Shown here: piece by piece, positions 30,006 through 38,820 of the stretch
How the letters are laid out: each line of letters opens with the position of its first letter
Numbering within the stretch: position 1 is the stretch's first letter
IMG/VR virus record: IMGVR_UViG_3300002038_000006
Location: 23,480-87,479 of that record
DNA from: a virus
Strand: one strand, 5' to 3'
Length of the DNA: 64,000 nucleotides
The notes under the pieces: generated by a model
Database searches by the model: none
What the model was told of the DNA's origin: nothing
Seen by the model: only the letters and a program-made list of their open reading frames with translations
Position numbers and translations under genes: made by a program

Positions 30006-31778
30006 ATGAGCAACTTACCAAAAGGTGTTAAAGGATACGAGTGTAAGCACGCTATGTATACTGAGGCCACCGATAAGTCTAAAGACGATTTAGTATTAGT
30101 TAAACGCAACGTCTTTATGGAAGACGGCTCTATCGTTCCTGAAGTTAACTTTGTTGAAAACTATGAGCGTGAGTTCTGGGTAGTTAATGAAGCGCACCGT
30201 ACCTACGAAGAAAAGAAAGCGTGGGAAGATGAATTCAAGTGTCGTAAGTACAAGACACGTCAGAGTTACCTAACTGATAAAGTAACTCGTGCATTAGGAC
30301 GTAACCCAAGTGGTTGGGTAAGTAAATCAATCTTGTTCCGTAACCAATACGTTTACGGTGCAGACATTACAACTAGCGCATTAATCAAACGTGCGTACAT
30401 GGAAAGATTTGAAGAATGTACTTCTGAGTCAACCATGGGTGTAATGGATATTGAGACCGACGTTGTAACAGGCGACGGTAGTGAAATCATCTCAGCTTCA
30501 TTCACTTACAAAGATAACATCTATCTAGCATACACTGAAAAGTTTGTAGGTAAGGTAAATGATTACAAGCGTAAGTTGCAAGAGAAGTACGAGTTCTACA
30601 TTGGTGGGATTGCAGACGACCTAGCCGAACAAATGAAAGACCCTAAGGTTGGTAAGAAGCGTAGACAAATCTTAGAGCGTGCAGAGAAAACACTCCGTGC
30701 TCGTTCTCAAGTAGAAATCCATACTGAATTAGTATCTAGTCCAGCACAGGTTACTAACTTCGTATTCCAAGCAGCACATAAACACAAACCAGACTTCATT
30801 GCCTTCTGGAACATGAACTTCGATTTACCAAAAATGATTGCCTCTTTAGAAGCAGCAGGTATTGACCCGAAACATGTGTTCTGTGAACCTACTCTCCCTG
30901 AACGTTACAAGCGATTCAATTACAGAGCAGGACAGGCTATTAAACAGATAGCTGGCGGTAGAACAATGTCAAAGCACCCTGCCGATTTATGGCACGTTGT
31001 AGACGCTCCTGCTTCGTTCTACTTGATTGATGCGATGTGTGTATTTAAGCAGATTCGTGTAACTGAGGGTAACCGTAATAGCTATGGTCTAGATGCTATC
31101 CTTACAGACGAGTTAAACCTAGGTAAGTTAAAGTTCTCAGAAGCCGACCATCTAACTGGTTTAGACTGGCACGTATTCATGCAGACCAACTACAAACTAG
31201 AATACCTCATCTATAACATCTTTGACTGTATGTCAATTGAAATACTTGACGACAAAAATAAAGATATGGCGTTAACGGTTCCGACCCTGTGTCAGCATTC
31301 TGATTACGCTAAGTTCCCAAGTACACCAAGACGTCTGTGTGATGACATGCACTTCTACTTGAAACAACACAAGAAAGTTATATCTACTACTTCCGACGAT
31401 ATGTCAGAAGAGATGGATAAGCACGTGGTTGGCTCTAGAGACTGGATTGTTACATTACCTAGTCACTTGGTTGCAGAGAACGGTTTACAACTATTAGAAG
31501 AAGCCCCACACGTTCACTCAATGCTCCGTGTACACGTTGCCGATTTAGATGTTGCCTCAAGTTATCCTAACACAGGTTCGTTCATGAACATGAGTATGGA
31601 AACTACAGCACGTGAGTTGGTTGGTGTAGATGGTGTTGATGAGTACGACAAACGTATGTCAGGATTAAACCTAACAGCAGCACGTACAAATGCAGTGGAA
31701 TGTTCTGGTACATTCTTTAACTTCCCTACTATGGATTCATTACTTACCGAATTCCGTAGAAAGAAAGATGCGGCATAA
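30006..31778 (+). CDS. Family-B DNA polymerase fragment: 3'-5' exonuclease plus motif A (phiKZ gp82-like)
   Basis: ExoI MDIETD, ExoII WNMNFD, ExoIII YNIFDC, pol motif A DLDVASSYPN; no motif B/C. Confidence 0.85.
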   Translation: MSNLPKGVKGYECKHAMYTEATDKSKDDLVLVKRNVFMEDGSIVPEVNFVENYEREFWVVNEAHRTYEEKKAWEDEFKCRKYKTRQSYLTDKVTRALGRNPSGWVSKSILFRNQYVYGADITTSALIKRAYMERFEECTSESTMGVMDIETDVVTGDGSEIISASFTYKDNIYLAYTEKFVGKVNDYKRKLQEKYEFYIGGIADDLAEQMKDPKVGKKRRQILERAEKTLRARSQVEIHTELVSSPAQVTNFVFQAAHKHKPDFIAFWNMNFDLPKMIASLEAAGIDPKHVFCEPTLPERYKRFNYRAGQAIKQIAGGRTMSKHPADLWHVVDAPASFYLIDAMCVFKQIRVTEGNRNSYGLDAILTDELNLGKLKFSEADHLTGLDWHVFMQTNYKLEYLIYNIFDCMSIEILDDKNKDMALTVPTLCQHSDYAKFPSTPRRLCDDMHFYLKQHKKVISTTSDDMSEEMDKHVVGSRDWIVTLPSHLVAENGLQLLEEAPHVHSMLRVHVADLDVASSYPNTGSFMNMSMETTARELVGVDGVDEYDKRMSGLNLTAARTNAVECSGTFFNFPTMDSLLTEFRRKKDAA

Positions 31779-31820
31779 AGCAAAAAAAAATAGGAGAGCG
31801 CAATGCTCTCCTTTATGCCG
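31771..31820. terminator. Bidirectional hairpin with motif on both sides
   Basis: CGGCATAAA...AGGAGAGC/GCTCTCCT-TTATGCCG. Confidence 0.7.
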
Positions 31821-31823
31821 GTA

Positions 31824-32297
31824 TTACCAGCCACCACCACCCTTAGAATTAAGCATATCCCTCACTTCAGTAAGCTTTTCAGGAGTTACATCGCATTGTA
31901 TTCTGAAGTCAGATATCAGCAGGGTAACACTTTCTATGTCGCCCCCACCATTGGATGCTTCCAGTAATACTCTTAACTTATTAAATAAAGATATCAACTC
32001 CTGTCTATTAAGGACATTAATACTATCCATATCGGATGCTCTAAGCGCCCTTATCTTTTTAGTCGACATCCCCAACTTAAGCCCATACGTTTTAACCATC
32101 TCTTTTACTTCACGTAAAGAAGCCCTGCCGAACCCGGGTAAACGTAAAAGGTCAACTTCAGTTGACAGGAGCACATCTTCAAGAGTAACTAATTTCCCGA
32201 AAAGGCAACTATTGCTTACCTTAGTAGACAATAAGTCTTCCAACTTTGTTGCAACAGTTACTTCTTTAGGTAACGATACTTTATATATTTTCTGCAT
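31824..32297 (-). CDS. Stand-alone RNAP alpha-CTD-like domain protein
   Basis: STEVDLLRLPGFGRASLREVKEMVKTYGLKLGM aligns ungapped to alpha-CTD [33 protein letters not shown]. Confidence 0.8.
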   Translation of the reverse strand: MQKIYKVSLPKEVTVATKLEDLLSTKVSNSCLFGKLVTLEDVLLSTEVDLLRLPGFGRASLREVKEMVKTYGLKLGMSTKKIRALRASDMDSINVLNRQELISLFNKLRVLLEASNGGGDIESVTLLISDFRIQCDVTPEKLTEVRDMLNSKGGGGW

Positions 32298-32357
32298 TAT
32301 CTTTTTCCTTTTATTTAAACGACATAGGTAGGGACTTTCGCCCCATCCTATTATTTA

Positions 32358-32714
32358 TTAACCAACGATGTTAATCTTTCCAGACAGAACACGATAATGA
32401 CGACCCTTTTCATTAATAGTACATTGATAGTAGTTACCGTTATGGTAGCTAAGAACAGATGCTTGTTTAACTAAGGTCTTAGGTAATTCTTTAAGTGCAG
32501 CTTGCGCTACAAAAGAATCGCGTGGTAGTTGCTCAGGACTTAACTTAAATACGCCTTCACTGTTTGGGGCAGATACATAAGCTTCGCCATCGATTATTGC
32601 ACGAACATCTAATGTATTACCTTTCTTGGTAGTAGCTACCAGTTGTCCACGTTCTTCCTTCAATTGCTTGAGGATTGATTCCTCGTTGATTAGTATTAAT
32701 GCTTCAGTTGACAT
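32358..32714 (-). CDS. Hypothetical protein
   Basis: 118 aa, GGAG RBS. Confidence 0.6.
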   Translation of the reverse strand: MSTEALILINEESILKQLKEERGQLVATTKKGNTLDVRAIIDGEAYVSAPNSEGVFKLSPEQLPRDSFVAQAALKELPKTLVKQASVLSYHNGNYYQCTINEKGRHYRVLSGKINIVG

Positions 32715-32728
32715 TCTTCTCTCCAGAA

Positions 32729-33691
32729 TTAAATTACCAGTAGTTGACCTACCTTGATTAGATGAGGTTCAGCTAGACCGTTCTTCTTAGCCAGTTCCTG
32801 CATAGGCATTTCCAATCGGCGTGCTATTGAATATAACGTATCACCATTGGTAACAAGATACATGTTACTACCTACGTGTAAGAACTTACCATATTTAAGG
32901 TTGGTGGTATATTTACCCTCACCCAGCTTAGTAATCTTAAGTCCGTTGACAGACATGAATATCTTAGGATGCATATCGTGTTTAGCAGCGATACCTTTAA
33001 TAGTATCTCCCGGCTGTACGTAATACTTGGTTCCCTCATAGAATCCCATAATGTCTGCAACATATTCTCTAGTCTCACGGAAGTTAGGAGGAAGGTAACC
33101 GTTACCAACCTTTCGTATCCTTGCAGGACCAGCATTGTAAGCAGCTAATGAAATCTTTAATGTGTACTCTGTGAATTCACTCAAAGGAGTATTAAAGAAA
33201 CGACGATGTAAATGGTCTAGATATCTAGCAGCCGCATCAGCAGACTCGTAGTTATCCATGACGTTCATAACACCTAACATAGCAGCTGTACGGTCACGTA
33301 TTTGAAACATACCCTTAGCGCCCACTACAGACTCTTGTGTATTGTCCTGATGAGATTCCTTAAGACTCATCCCTTGTAATATCTTTCCCGGTAAACCATG
33401 CGGGAATCCAATAACATCTAATTCTTCTAACGTAGGTATGTCGTTAGGGTATCGATTAAATGTCCTTGCCGTTATAGGTAATATCTCCACTACCTCAGGC
33501 TCTATAACTTCCACCACTTCTACTTCTTCCTCTACTACAGGAACAGGTACAGGCAGTGGTGCTGGTAACTCAGTAGGTGTTACTTTAACAGTTTCTGATT
33601 TGTGGAAATAATCAAAAACCATCCATGTCGTCATAATTACGATTATCATGGTAGTAACAAATGAGTACCTTGTTAAGTTCTTCTTTAGCAT
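32729..33691 (-). CDS. Membrane-anchored lytic transglycosylase (SLT) with two LysM domains
   Basis: N-terminal TM, P/E/V linker, catalytic LKES, GAKGMFQI, AAYNAGP, ETREYV; LysM YYVQPGDTIKGIA and YLVTNGDTLYSIA. Confidence 0.9.
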   Translation of the reverse strand: MLKKNLTRYSFVTTMIIVIMTTWMVFDYFHKSETVKVTPTELPAPLPVPVPVVEEEVEVVEVIEPEVVEILPITARTFNRYPNDIPTLEELDVIGFPHGLPGKILQGMSLKESHQDNTQESVVGAKGMFQIRDRTAAMLGVMNVMDNYESADAAARYLDHLHRRFFNTPLSEFTEYTLKISLAAYNAGPARIRKVGNGYLPPNFRETREYVADIMGFYEGTKYYVQPGDTIKGIAAKHDMHPKIFMSVNGLKITKLGEGKYTTNLKYGKFLHVGSNMYLVTNGDTLYSIARRLEMPMQELAKKNGLAEPHLIKVGQLLVI

Positions 33692-33704
33692 TGTCTTGTC
33701 TCCC

Positions 33705-33959
33705 TTATGCTAGAGTGTAAAGTACGTTTAACTCAGATGCCATTTCTTTGACTTCGTTGTTACGGTACTGTTTTAAATGATTGATTACTTGATTGATTTT
33801 ATTCTTCAACTCAGTACGAGTTTTAGATTCAGCAATCCATTTTACAAACTGTAATAGTTTGGCGGCAGTAGCCGACTTAAGTACATTGTCCTCCACAGTA
33901 CTCTCAATAATAAGGGTACGGTGTAAAGCTTGAATGCGCTCTTTAAATATTTTTGACAT
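33705..33959 (-). CDS. Hypothetical protein
   Basis: 84 aa, AAGGA RBS, first gene after early-type promoter. Confidence 0.6.
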   Translation of the reverse strand: MSKIFKERIQALHRTLIIESTVEDNVLKSATAAKLLQFVKWIAESKTRTELKNKINQVINHLKQYRNNEVKEMASELNVLYTLA

Positions 33960-34020
33960 TACGATTTCCTTTTATTTAATCGTTAAAGTTAATAGGGTAG
34001 TGACGCATAATGGTTACTTC

Positions 34021-34042
34021 ACTATAGTAATATGTATCTATC
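34021..34042 (-). promoter_or_regulatory. Early-type promoter for 33959-31824 cassette
   Basis: TAGATACATATTACTATAGT. Confidence 0.6.
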
Positions 34043-34146
34043 GTTTCTTGGGAACGACAAAAAAAAGGGAAGCGCGAGGCTTCCCTTTCCGTCCAAATGG
34101 ACAATGGTTGTGGGCTCCAGAGAGATACGACCCACATACAAAAGAC

Positions 34147-34575
34147 CTATAAAGGCTTCTGTAGTTTGCGTACACCTAAAGAGGTTATCCCGTTAAGGCG
34201 ATTCACCCAACCAGTAGTGACCACATCGATAGTGTTGTCATCCATGGCCATAGAGCTAGATGAGAAGATTTCGTGTGATTCTTTAAGACTTTCTACATTG
34301 CGTGTTGTGGTAACGTAGATAAGGAATACACCTGTATCTATTTCCAATTCAGCAACGCAGACATTATCCTTTTGAATATTCTCAAGAACAATTGATTCAA
34401 GTGTCCCCTTGATAAAGTCTTCCAACTTATCGTAATCGATATCTTTGTTGTTTCCTTCCAATTCCTTGACGAAGTTAGTCCAGCTTCCTTTGACTTTAAT
34501 AGTTTCAACTGGAGCGAACTCGTGTGACGATGCGTTCTCATGTTTCAGAACCTTTCTCAGTTTTACTGGGTACAT
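34147..34575 (-). CDS. Hypothetical protein
   Basis: 142 aa, AAGGA RBS, early-type promoter upstream, terminator downstream. Confidence 0.6.
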   Translation of the reverse strand: MYPVKLRKVLKHENASSHEFAPVETIKVKGSWTNFVKELEGNNKDIDYDKLEDFIKGTLESIVLENIQKDNVCVAELEIDTGVFLIYVTTTRNVESLKESHEIFSSSSMAMDDNTIDVVTTGWVNRLNGITSLGVRKLQKPL

Positions 34576-34611
34576 GTTACAATCCTTTTAGTAAGTAAGT
34601 TTAGTATAGTA

Positions 34612-34637
34612 TTACACTAAGATAATATGTATCTGTT
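34612..34637 (-). promoter_or_regulatory. Early-type promoter
   Basis: ACAGATACATATTATCTTAGTGTA. Confidence 0.65.
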
Positions 34638-34659
34638 ATTAATTTATTTAGAGGCTGAC

Positions 34660-34806
34660 ATGAAGAAGACATTAAAGGGTTTACTGGCGTTAGCCGTTGC
34701 TTTACTTATAACCATCTGTGGTAGCGCTATGCTTGCCGATGACCAAAGACCTAAGAACATGATAGATAAATGGTCAGATGGTGAACCACACCTTAGACAT
34801 GTATGA
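34660..34806 (+). CDS. 48-aa signal-peptide/membrane microprotein (absent from ORF track)
   Basis: AGAGG RBS; MKKTLKGLLALAVALLITICGSAMLADDQRPK...; bidirectional terminator directly follows. Confidence 0.65.
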   Translation: MKKTLKGLLALAVALLITICGSAMLADDQRPKNMIDKWSDGEPHLRHV

Positions 34807-34852
34807 CAGCATAAGCAGGAGCCCAATAGGACTCCTGCTTTAGTTATGCCGT
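34806..34852. terminator. Bidirectional hairpin with motif on both sides
   Basis: CAGCATAA-GCAGGAG...CTCCTGC..TTATGCCGT. Confidence 0.65.
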
Positions 34853-34862
34853 TAATTCAATA

Positions 34863-35558
34863 TTAACGATAGAAGCCACGAATCTTCTGTTCAACATCAG
34901 CACCAAAGTCTTTGGCGAATGTTTCAAAAGAAATAGCTTTCAATGCAGCTGCACGACCTTCAGGGTCAGCAGTAGAAGACATCAATACTAAGATGTTTTC
35001 AAAGCGAGCACGTGACGCAGCAGCAATACGCATTTCGGTGAAACCACGGAAGAGTAGGTTGTCAGCGAATGTGGTTTTGTACTCAGTCATGATTTCCAAA
35101 GCTTCGTTATAAGCTTTATGGAACTCAGCACCTTCAAGGTTGTTGATGATAGCTGTAACTGCTTGGTACAATTCCATCTGCTTACGTAAGATAGCCATTT
35201 TATCGTTAGGCTTGTTTGGAGCCATAGCTATAGCGTACGCTAAGATAGTTTGACAGTTAGGGTTAAGTTCGCCTTCAACTTCAGGCTCTTCTTCATCTTT
35301 CTTGCCAGCACCCGGCTGTTCAACTATAATTTGATTGGCAACGTTGTCACCGGCGTTAGCATCTTCTTCAGATACTTTAGGACCTTCGTTACTACCAGAA
35401 CCTTCAGAACCAGTTTCTACTTTAGGAGCAACCTGCTCTTTGTTAGTTTCAACTGTCTGTTGGTCATCTTCAACTTTAGTATTTTCAGGCTTAGGGTTTT
35501 GTTCTTTTTGCTTGTCTTGCGTATTAGCAGACTGATTACCTTGGTTCTTTTTAGACAT
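34863..35558 (-). CDS. Hypothetical protein with disordered acidic N-terminus
   Basis: GGAG RBS before ATG 35558; Q/E/K-rich N-half, FRGF motif in C-half. Confidence 0.6.
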   Translation of the reverse strand: MSKKNQGNQSANTQDKQKEQNPKPENTKVEDDQQTVETNKEQVAPKVETGSEGSGSNEGPKVSEEDANAGDNVANQIIVEQPGAGKKDEEEPEVEGELNPNCQTILAYAIAMAPNKPNDKMAILRKQMELYQAVTAIINNLEGAEFHKAYNEALEIMTEYKTTFADNLLFRGFTEMRIAAASRARFENILVLMSSTADPEGRAAALKAISFETFAKDFGADVEQKIRGFYR

Positions 35559-35572
35559 TACCGTCTCCAAAA

Positions 35573-36019
35573 TTAGTTTTCATTCTCTAGGTTATCCACA
35601 ACCTCACCTAAGGCTGCGCTCTTTTCTTTAGCCACTTCAAGACCAGCAGTTAAAATCATCTCTGCTATATCTCTAGGTAAGTCCAAGAACTCAGTTACGG
35701 ATAGTCCAAATGTTTTAGCGATATTACGCTTACCAAACTTACGAATGGCATCATACAGTAAGCTGTCACTACCAGTAGATTCAGCGGGATGCATCTTGAC
35801 ATAATCTAGCCCAGATACTCCCTCCTTATCATAGTCAGCGATACCATATGCTGTATCGTAAGCCTCTACTTGCAAAGTCTTTGCGAGCAAAGTGCTGATA
35901 CCATCTTGGCTTTCGAACAGGAGTGCCAATTCTTTACCATATTCAACACCCTGCTCTAGACCAAAACGAACATCTATTACAGAGGACGGTCTACCGTCGA
36001 CTGAATTCTTTGCCCGCAT
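35573..36019 (-). CDS. Conserved hypothetical protein, possibly -1 frameshift extension of upstream gene
   Basis: EAYDTAYGI, MHPAE, FGLSVTEFLDLP; no RBS at ATG; preceded in-frame by T TTT TTT. Confidence 0.6.
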   Translation of the reverse strand: MRAKNSVDGRPSSVIDVRFGLEQGVEYGKELALLFESQDGISTLLAKTLQVEAYDTAYGIADYDKEGVSGLDYVKMHPAESTGSDSLLYDAIRKFGKRNIAKTFGLSVTEFLDLPRDIAEMILTAGLEVAKEKSAALGEVVDNLENEN

Positions 36020-37437
36020 AGGGTAAAAAAAGTTGTGGTCATGTCCAGAGGGATAAACTCAGGAACTTTATCGCCACGTACGATTTCACCCGGTACGCCT
36101 TTTTCTTCAGATTCTTTAATACTATCACCGTAGCGTAAACCACAGCTAGGACAATCGGTATTAGGATAACCAATGATTGCGATAGTAGAAGATTCGATGT
36201 ACTCACCAATATTGTTCATGATAGATGTACGGATAATTTCATCGGCTGAAAAATCTGAAAGAATAGAATCGATAGTATCTCTATCTGAAATCAATTCAGG
36301 TTCTTCGTCAGTACCAATGTCCAGTGCGCTAATCCAATGAGCAAACTGACGTAGTGTCGCAAGACGACCTTGGTCAGTAATATACTGGTCACGTTCGCCA
36401 CCTTTAAGTGGAACACGGAATGCTTGGTCAACCATGTTAACTGTAGAGTCAACCCAGTTAAAACCGACCTGTTCATATTCCGCTATAGATGGAACCGCAA
36501 GCGACATCTTCATGCCTTCAGCACCGTCTATGGTAACTGACTTAGTATTGAAACTAAAGCCAGCCTGATACTTTTCTAAATCTTCAGCAGAGTGAGTTGC
36601 ATTGCGTTTAGACATATGCTTCATTTGCTCTTCTGATAACTTAGAAGTATCCACTACACGCAATCGTGCAATGTTCACAGTACCTTCAGAGATATGATTA
36701 CACTTAGTGATTTGTGCTACACAAGGTTCACGAAGTTCATACCCGTCAGGATACATGGTACAGACCATACCCCAGATTAAACTAGGTAAGTCAGTACACA
36801 AAATGATTTTCTTTAACTCTTCAGCATTCTTCGTACCAAAAGAGGTATCGTAGATGTGCGCTAAGATAAAGTTAACTAAATAACTCTGGATGTAAATACT
36901 AGTGTTAGAGAAAGCCATGCCGTTAGTAATACGACCAAGAGTAATCTTCTCTTGACCAATACGACGGTTCAATTCAAGGATAGCTGCGTTGCTTGGAGCC
37001 TTGATAGTTACATAGCCACCAGTATGCCACAACGGCACAGGTACAATGGAACCTAACCCCATACGAGCCTTAACTTTCATTACCGCTGCTTCGCCAGAAG
37101 TAATACCACCTGAATCCTTAGGCTTGAGACGAGAAACCGTAATAGGCTTATCTTCAAACGTAGGACGGTTAGTCCATTCAGATTCATCGTCGGCAAGTCT
37201 TCCTTGGAATAACTTACCAGACATTAAGTGTTCTACGCCTTGAGCAATCGTGGCTAACCACAACGCACTCTCAGCGGGAGCACCTGTTTGCAAGTTAGGT
37301 AACTTGCGTACGTCAGCTTCGATTGTTTCTTCATTAGCACCGAGAAGAACTAAGGCTTCCGCAATGGAAACCTCTTTATCGCTTTTCTCAGTACGTAAAG
37401 ATTTAATCGGAGCTTTTGAGTCAATGGTTAACGACAT
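35977..37437 (-). CDS. Conserved phiKZ-like protein with Cys motifs; possible T4 gp26/gp51-like assembly chaperone
   Basis: VPLWHTG, DLPSLIWGMVCTMYPDGY..PC....CNH, CPSCG; T4 similarity is a weak impression. Confidence 0.5.
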   Translation of the reverse strand: MSLTIDSKAPIKSLRTEKSDKEVSIAEALVLLGANEETIEADVRKLPNLQTGAPAESALWLATIAQGVEHLMSGKLFQGRLADDESEWTNRPTFEDKPITVSRLKPKDSGGITSGEAAVMKVKARMGLGSIVPVPLWHTGGYVTIKAPSNAAILELNRRIGQEKITLGRITNGMAFSNTSIYIQSYLVNFILAHIYDTSFGTKNAEELKKIILCTDLPSLIWGMVCTMYPDGYELREPCVAQITKCNHISEGTVNIARLRVVDTSKLSEEQMKHMSKRNATHSAEDLEKYQAGFSFNTKSVTIDGAEGMKMSLAVPSIAEYEQVGFNWVDSTVNMVDQAFRVPLKGGERDQYITDQGRLATLRQFAHWISALDIGTDEEPELISDRDTIDSILSDFSADEIIRTSIMNNIGEYIESSTIAIIGYPNTDCPSCGLRYGDSIKESEEKGVPGEIVRGDKVPEFIPLDMTTTFFTLCGQRIQSTVDRPL

Positions 37438-37439
37438 CT

Positions 37440-37889
37440 TTACTCCTCGATGTTACCAGCACATAGTTCTGTGATTTGTTCCAATGTTGGACCAGTCACG
37501 TTTACAAAACGGTCTTGCCATTGCTGATAGCGAGATGCAACATTAACCGTTATGTTCATTACGTCAATATCATCGGTCTTTTTAGTAATGCCGTTGATTT
37601 CAGCAGTACATTCTTTATCGATGTTATTAAGTTCAATTTGGAGAGCGTTAAGGTCACGCGCTAAAGTGTTGGCTAACTTACCAACAGCTTCTTCGTCTAA
37701 AGTAACCTCAGGACTTTCGTGAGCAGCTTTAATTAGTTCTTTTACGTTAGCTGTACTTCGGATTAAACCAATGCATGTCATTTTAACATCATTAGCTTCT
37801 TTGATGAAAGTGTCGCGCTTTGACGGTTGGACAGGTGCTCTACCTGCTACTACTTTACCGTTTTTGCGTCTGTTGCTAGATTCGGGCAT
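37440..37889 (-). CDS. Hypothetical helical protein
   Basis: 149 aa, GGAG RBS. Confidence 0.6.
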   Translation of the reverse strand: MPESSNRRKNGKVVAGRAPVQPSKRDTFIKEANDVKMTCIGLIRSTANVKELIKAAHESPEVTLDEEAVGKLANTLARDLNALQIELNNIDKECTAEINGITKKTDDIDVMNITVNVASRYQQWQDRFVNVTGPTLEQITELCAGNIEE

Positions 37890-37980
37890 TAATTGCTCCT
37901 TTAATATGAATTCAATGAAATTACTTTCTACACATAACTAAACGAATGTGAGTAAAAAATACCCTAAAGAGGAATTAGCC

Positions 37981-38817
37981 ATGCACTTAGGTGAACTACT
38001 TAGAAATAACTACGACATTGACAGAGTCAGTGTGACTATGAAAGCCTTAGAGTTATTCATGGCTTTAGACTATCTACAAGCAGAAGCTGACTTAGATAGA
38101 CTAATTGAAAACTGGGGTAACCTTACAGATACCTCAAGTCTCCTCAGTGAGATAGATACTCGCATTGCCGAACACTTGCTATATATAGTAGAGGAGTACG
38201 GCATAACGTTAAACGAAGACTACAACCCATCGATGTACGAACTGTACACGCTTGTAAACGCCATTGAGTCTTTAGTCAACTACGAACAGCCAGAAGAACT
38301 ACTGGACGTAATAGAAGCACAAGAAGACGATGTCGAGCGGATGGTTGAAGTCATGTCGTTGGTAGTTAAAGATATGGATAGTGGAAATATCTACGACTAC
38401 TATAATATAGTGGCAATTATCTCTGAAGATTTCTGGAAGAAGCTAATCCTTGTACTTGATGGTACTAAAGAAGAGATAGTGGACTTCGATGCAAAAGAAC
38501 CAATCCTTACACCTAGTACTCCAAGTGAAGTATGGCAGTGGATTGCAATGACAGGTAGAGCTAACTATAACTTAGACGCTGCGTTTAATTTACATAGCGA
38601 CCTCTTTGATGATATCATTGGTGAGAAACCAAATCGCATATCTATTAAAGACATCTGTTTAGAATTGAAAACCCTTGTTCATTATTCTAGCAGTGATGAT
38701 AAGTCGGACGATGTAGTGTACCGTCTGTTAGAATTAATTGACCCTAGCCCTGATACGTTATTAATAGCACAATCATTCTTACCGTACATAGACCTAGGTA
38801 TTACCGAAAAGGTTTAG
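37981..38817 (+). CDS. Acidic hypothetical/virion protein upstream of vRNAP beta'
   Basis: GAGGA RBS before ATG 37981; co-oriented with vRNAP gene. Confidence 0.55.
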   Translation: MHLGELLRNNYDIDRVSVTMKALELFMALDYLQAEADLDRLIENWGNLTDTSSLLSEIDTRIAEHLLYIVEEYGITLNEDYNPSMYELYTLVNAIESLVNYEQPEELLDVIEAQEDDVERMVEVMSLVVKDMDSGNIYDYYNIVAIISEDFWKKLILVLDGTKEEIVDFDAKEPILTPSTPSEVWQWIAMTGRANYNLDAAFNLHSDLFDDIIGEKPNRISIKDICLELKTLVHYSSSDDKSDDVVYRLLELIDPSPDTLLIAQSFLPYIDLGITEKV

Positions 38818-38820
38818 ACC

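Noticed and set aside
34660-34806. Lipoprotein (spanin) call
   Set aside because: ITIC is a poor lipobox and there is no i-spanin partner
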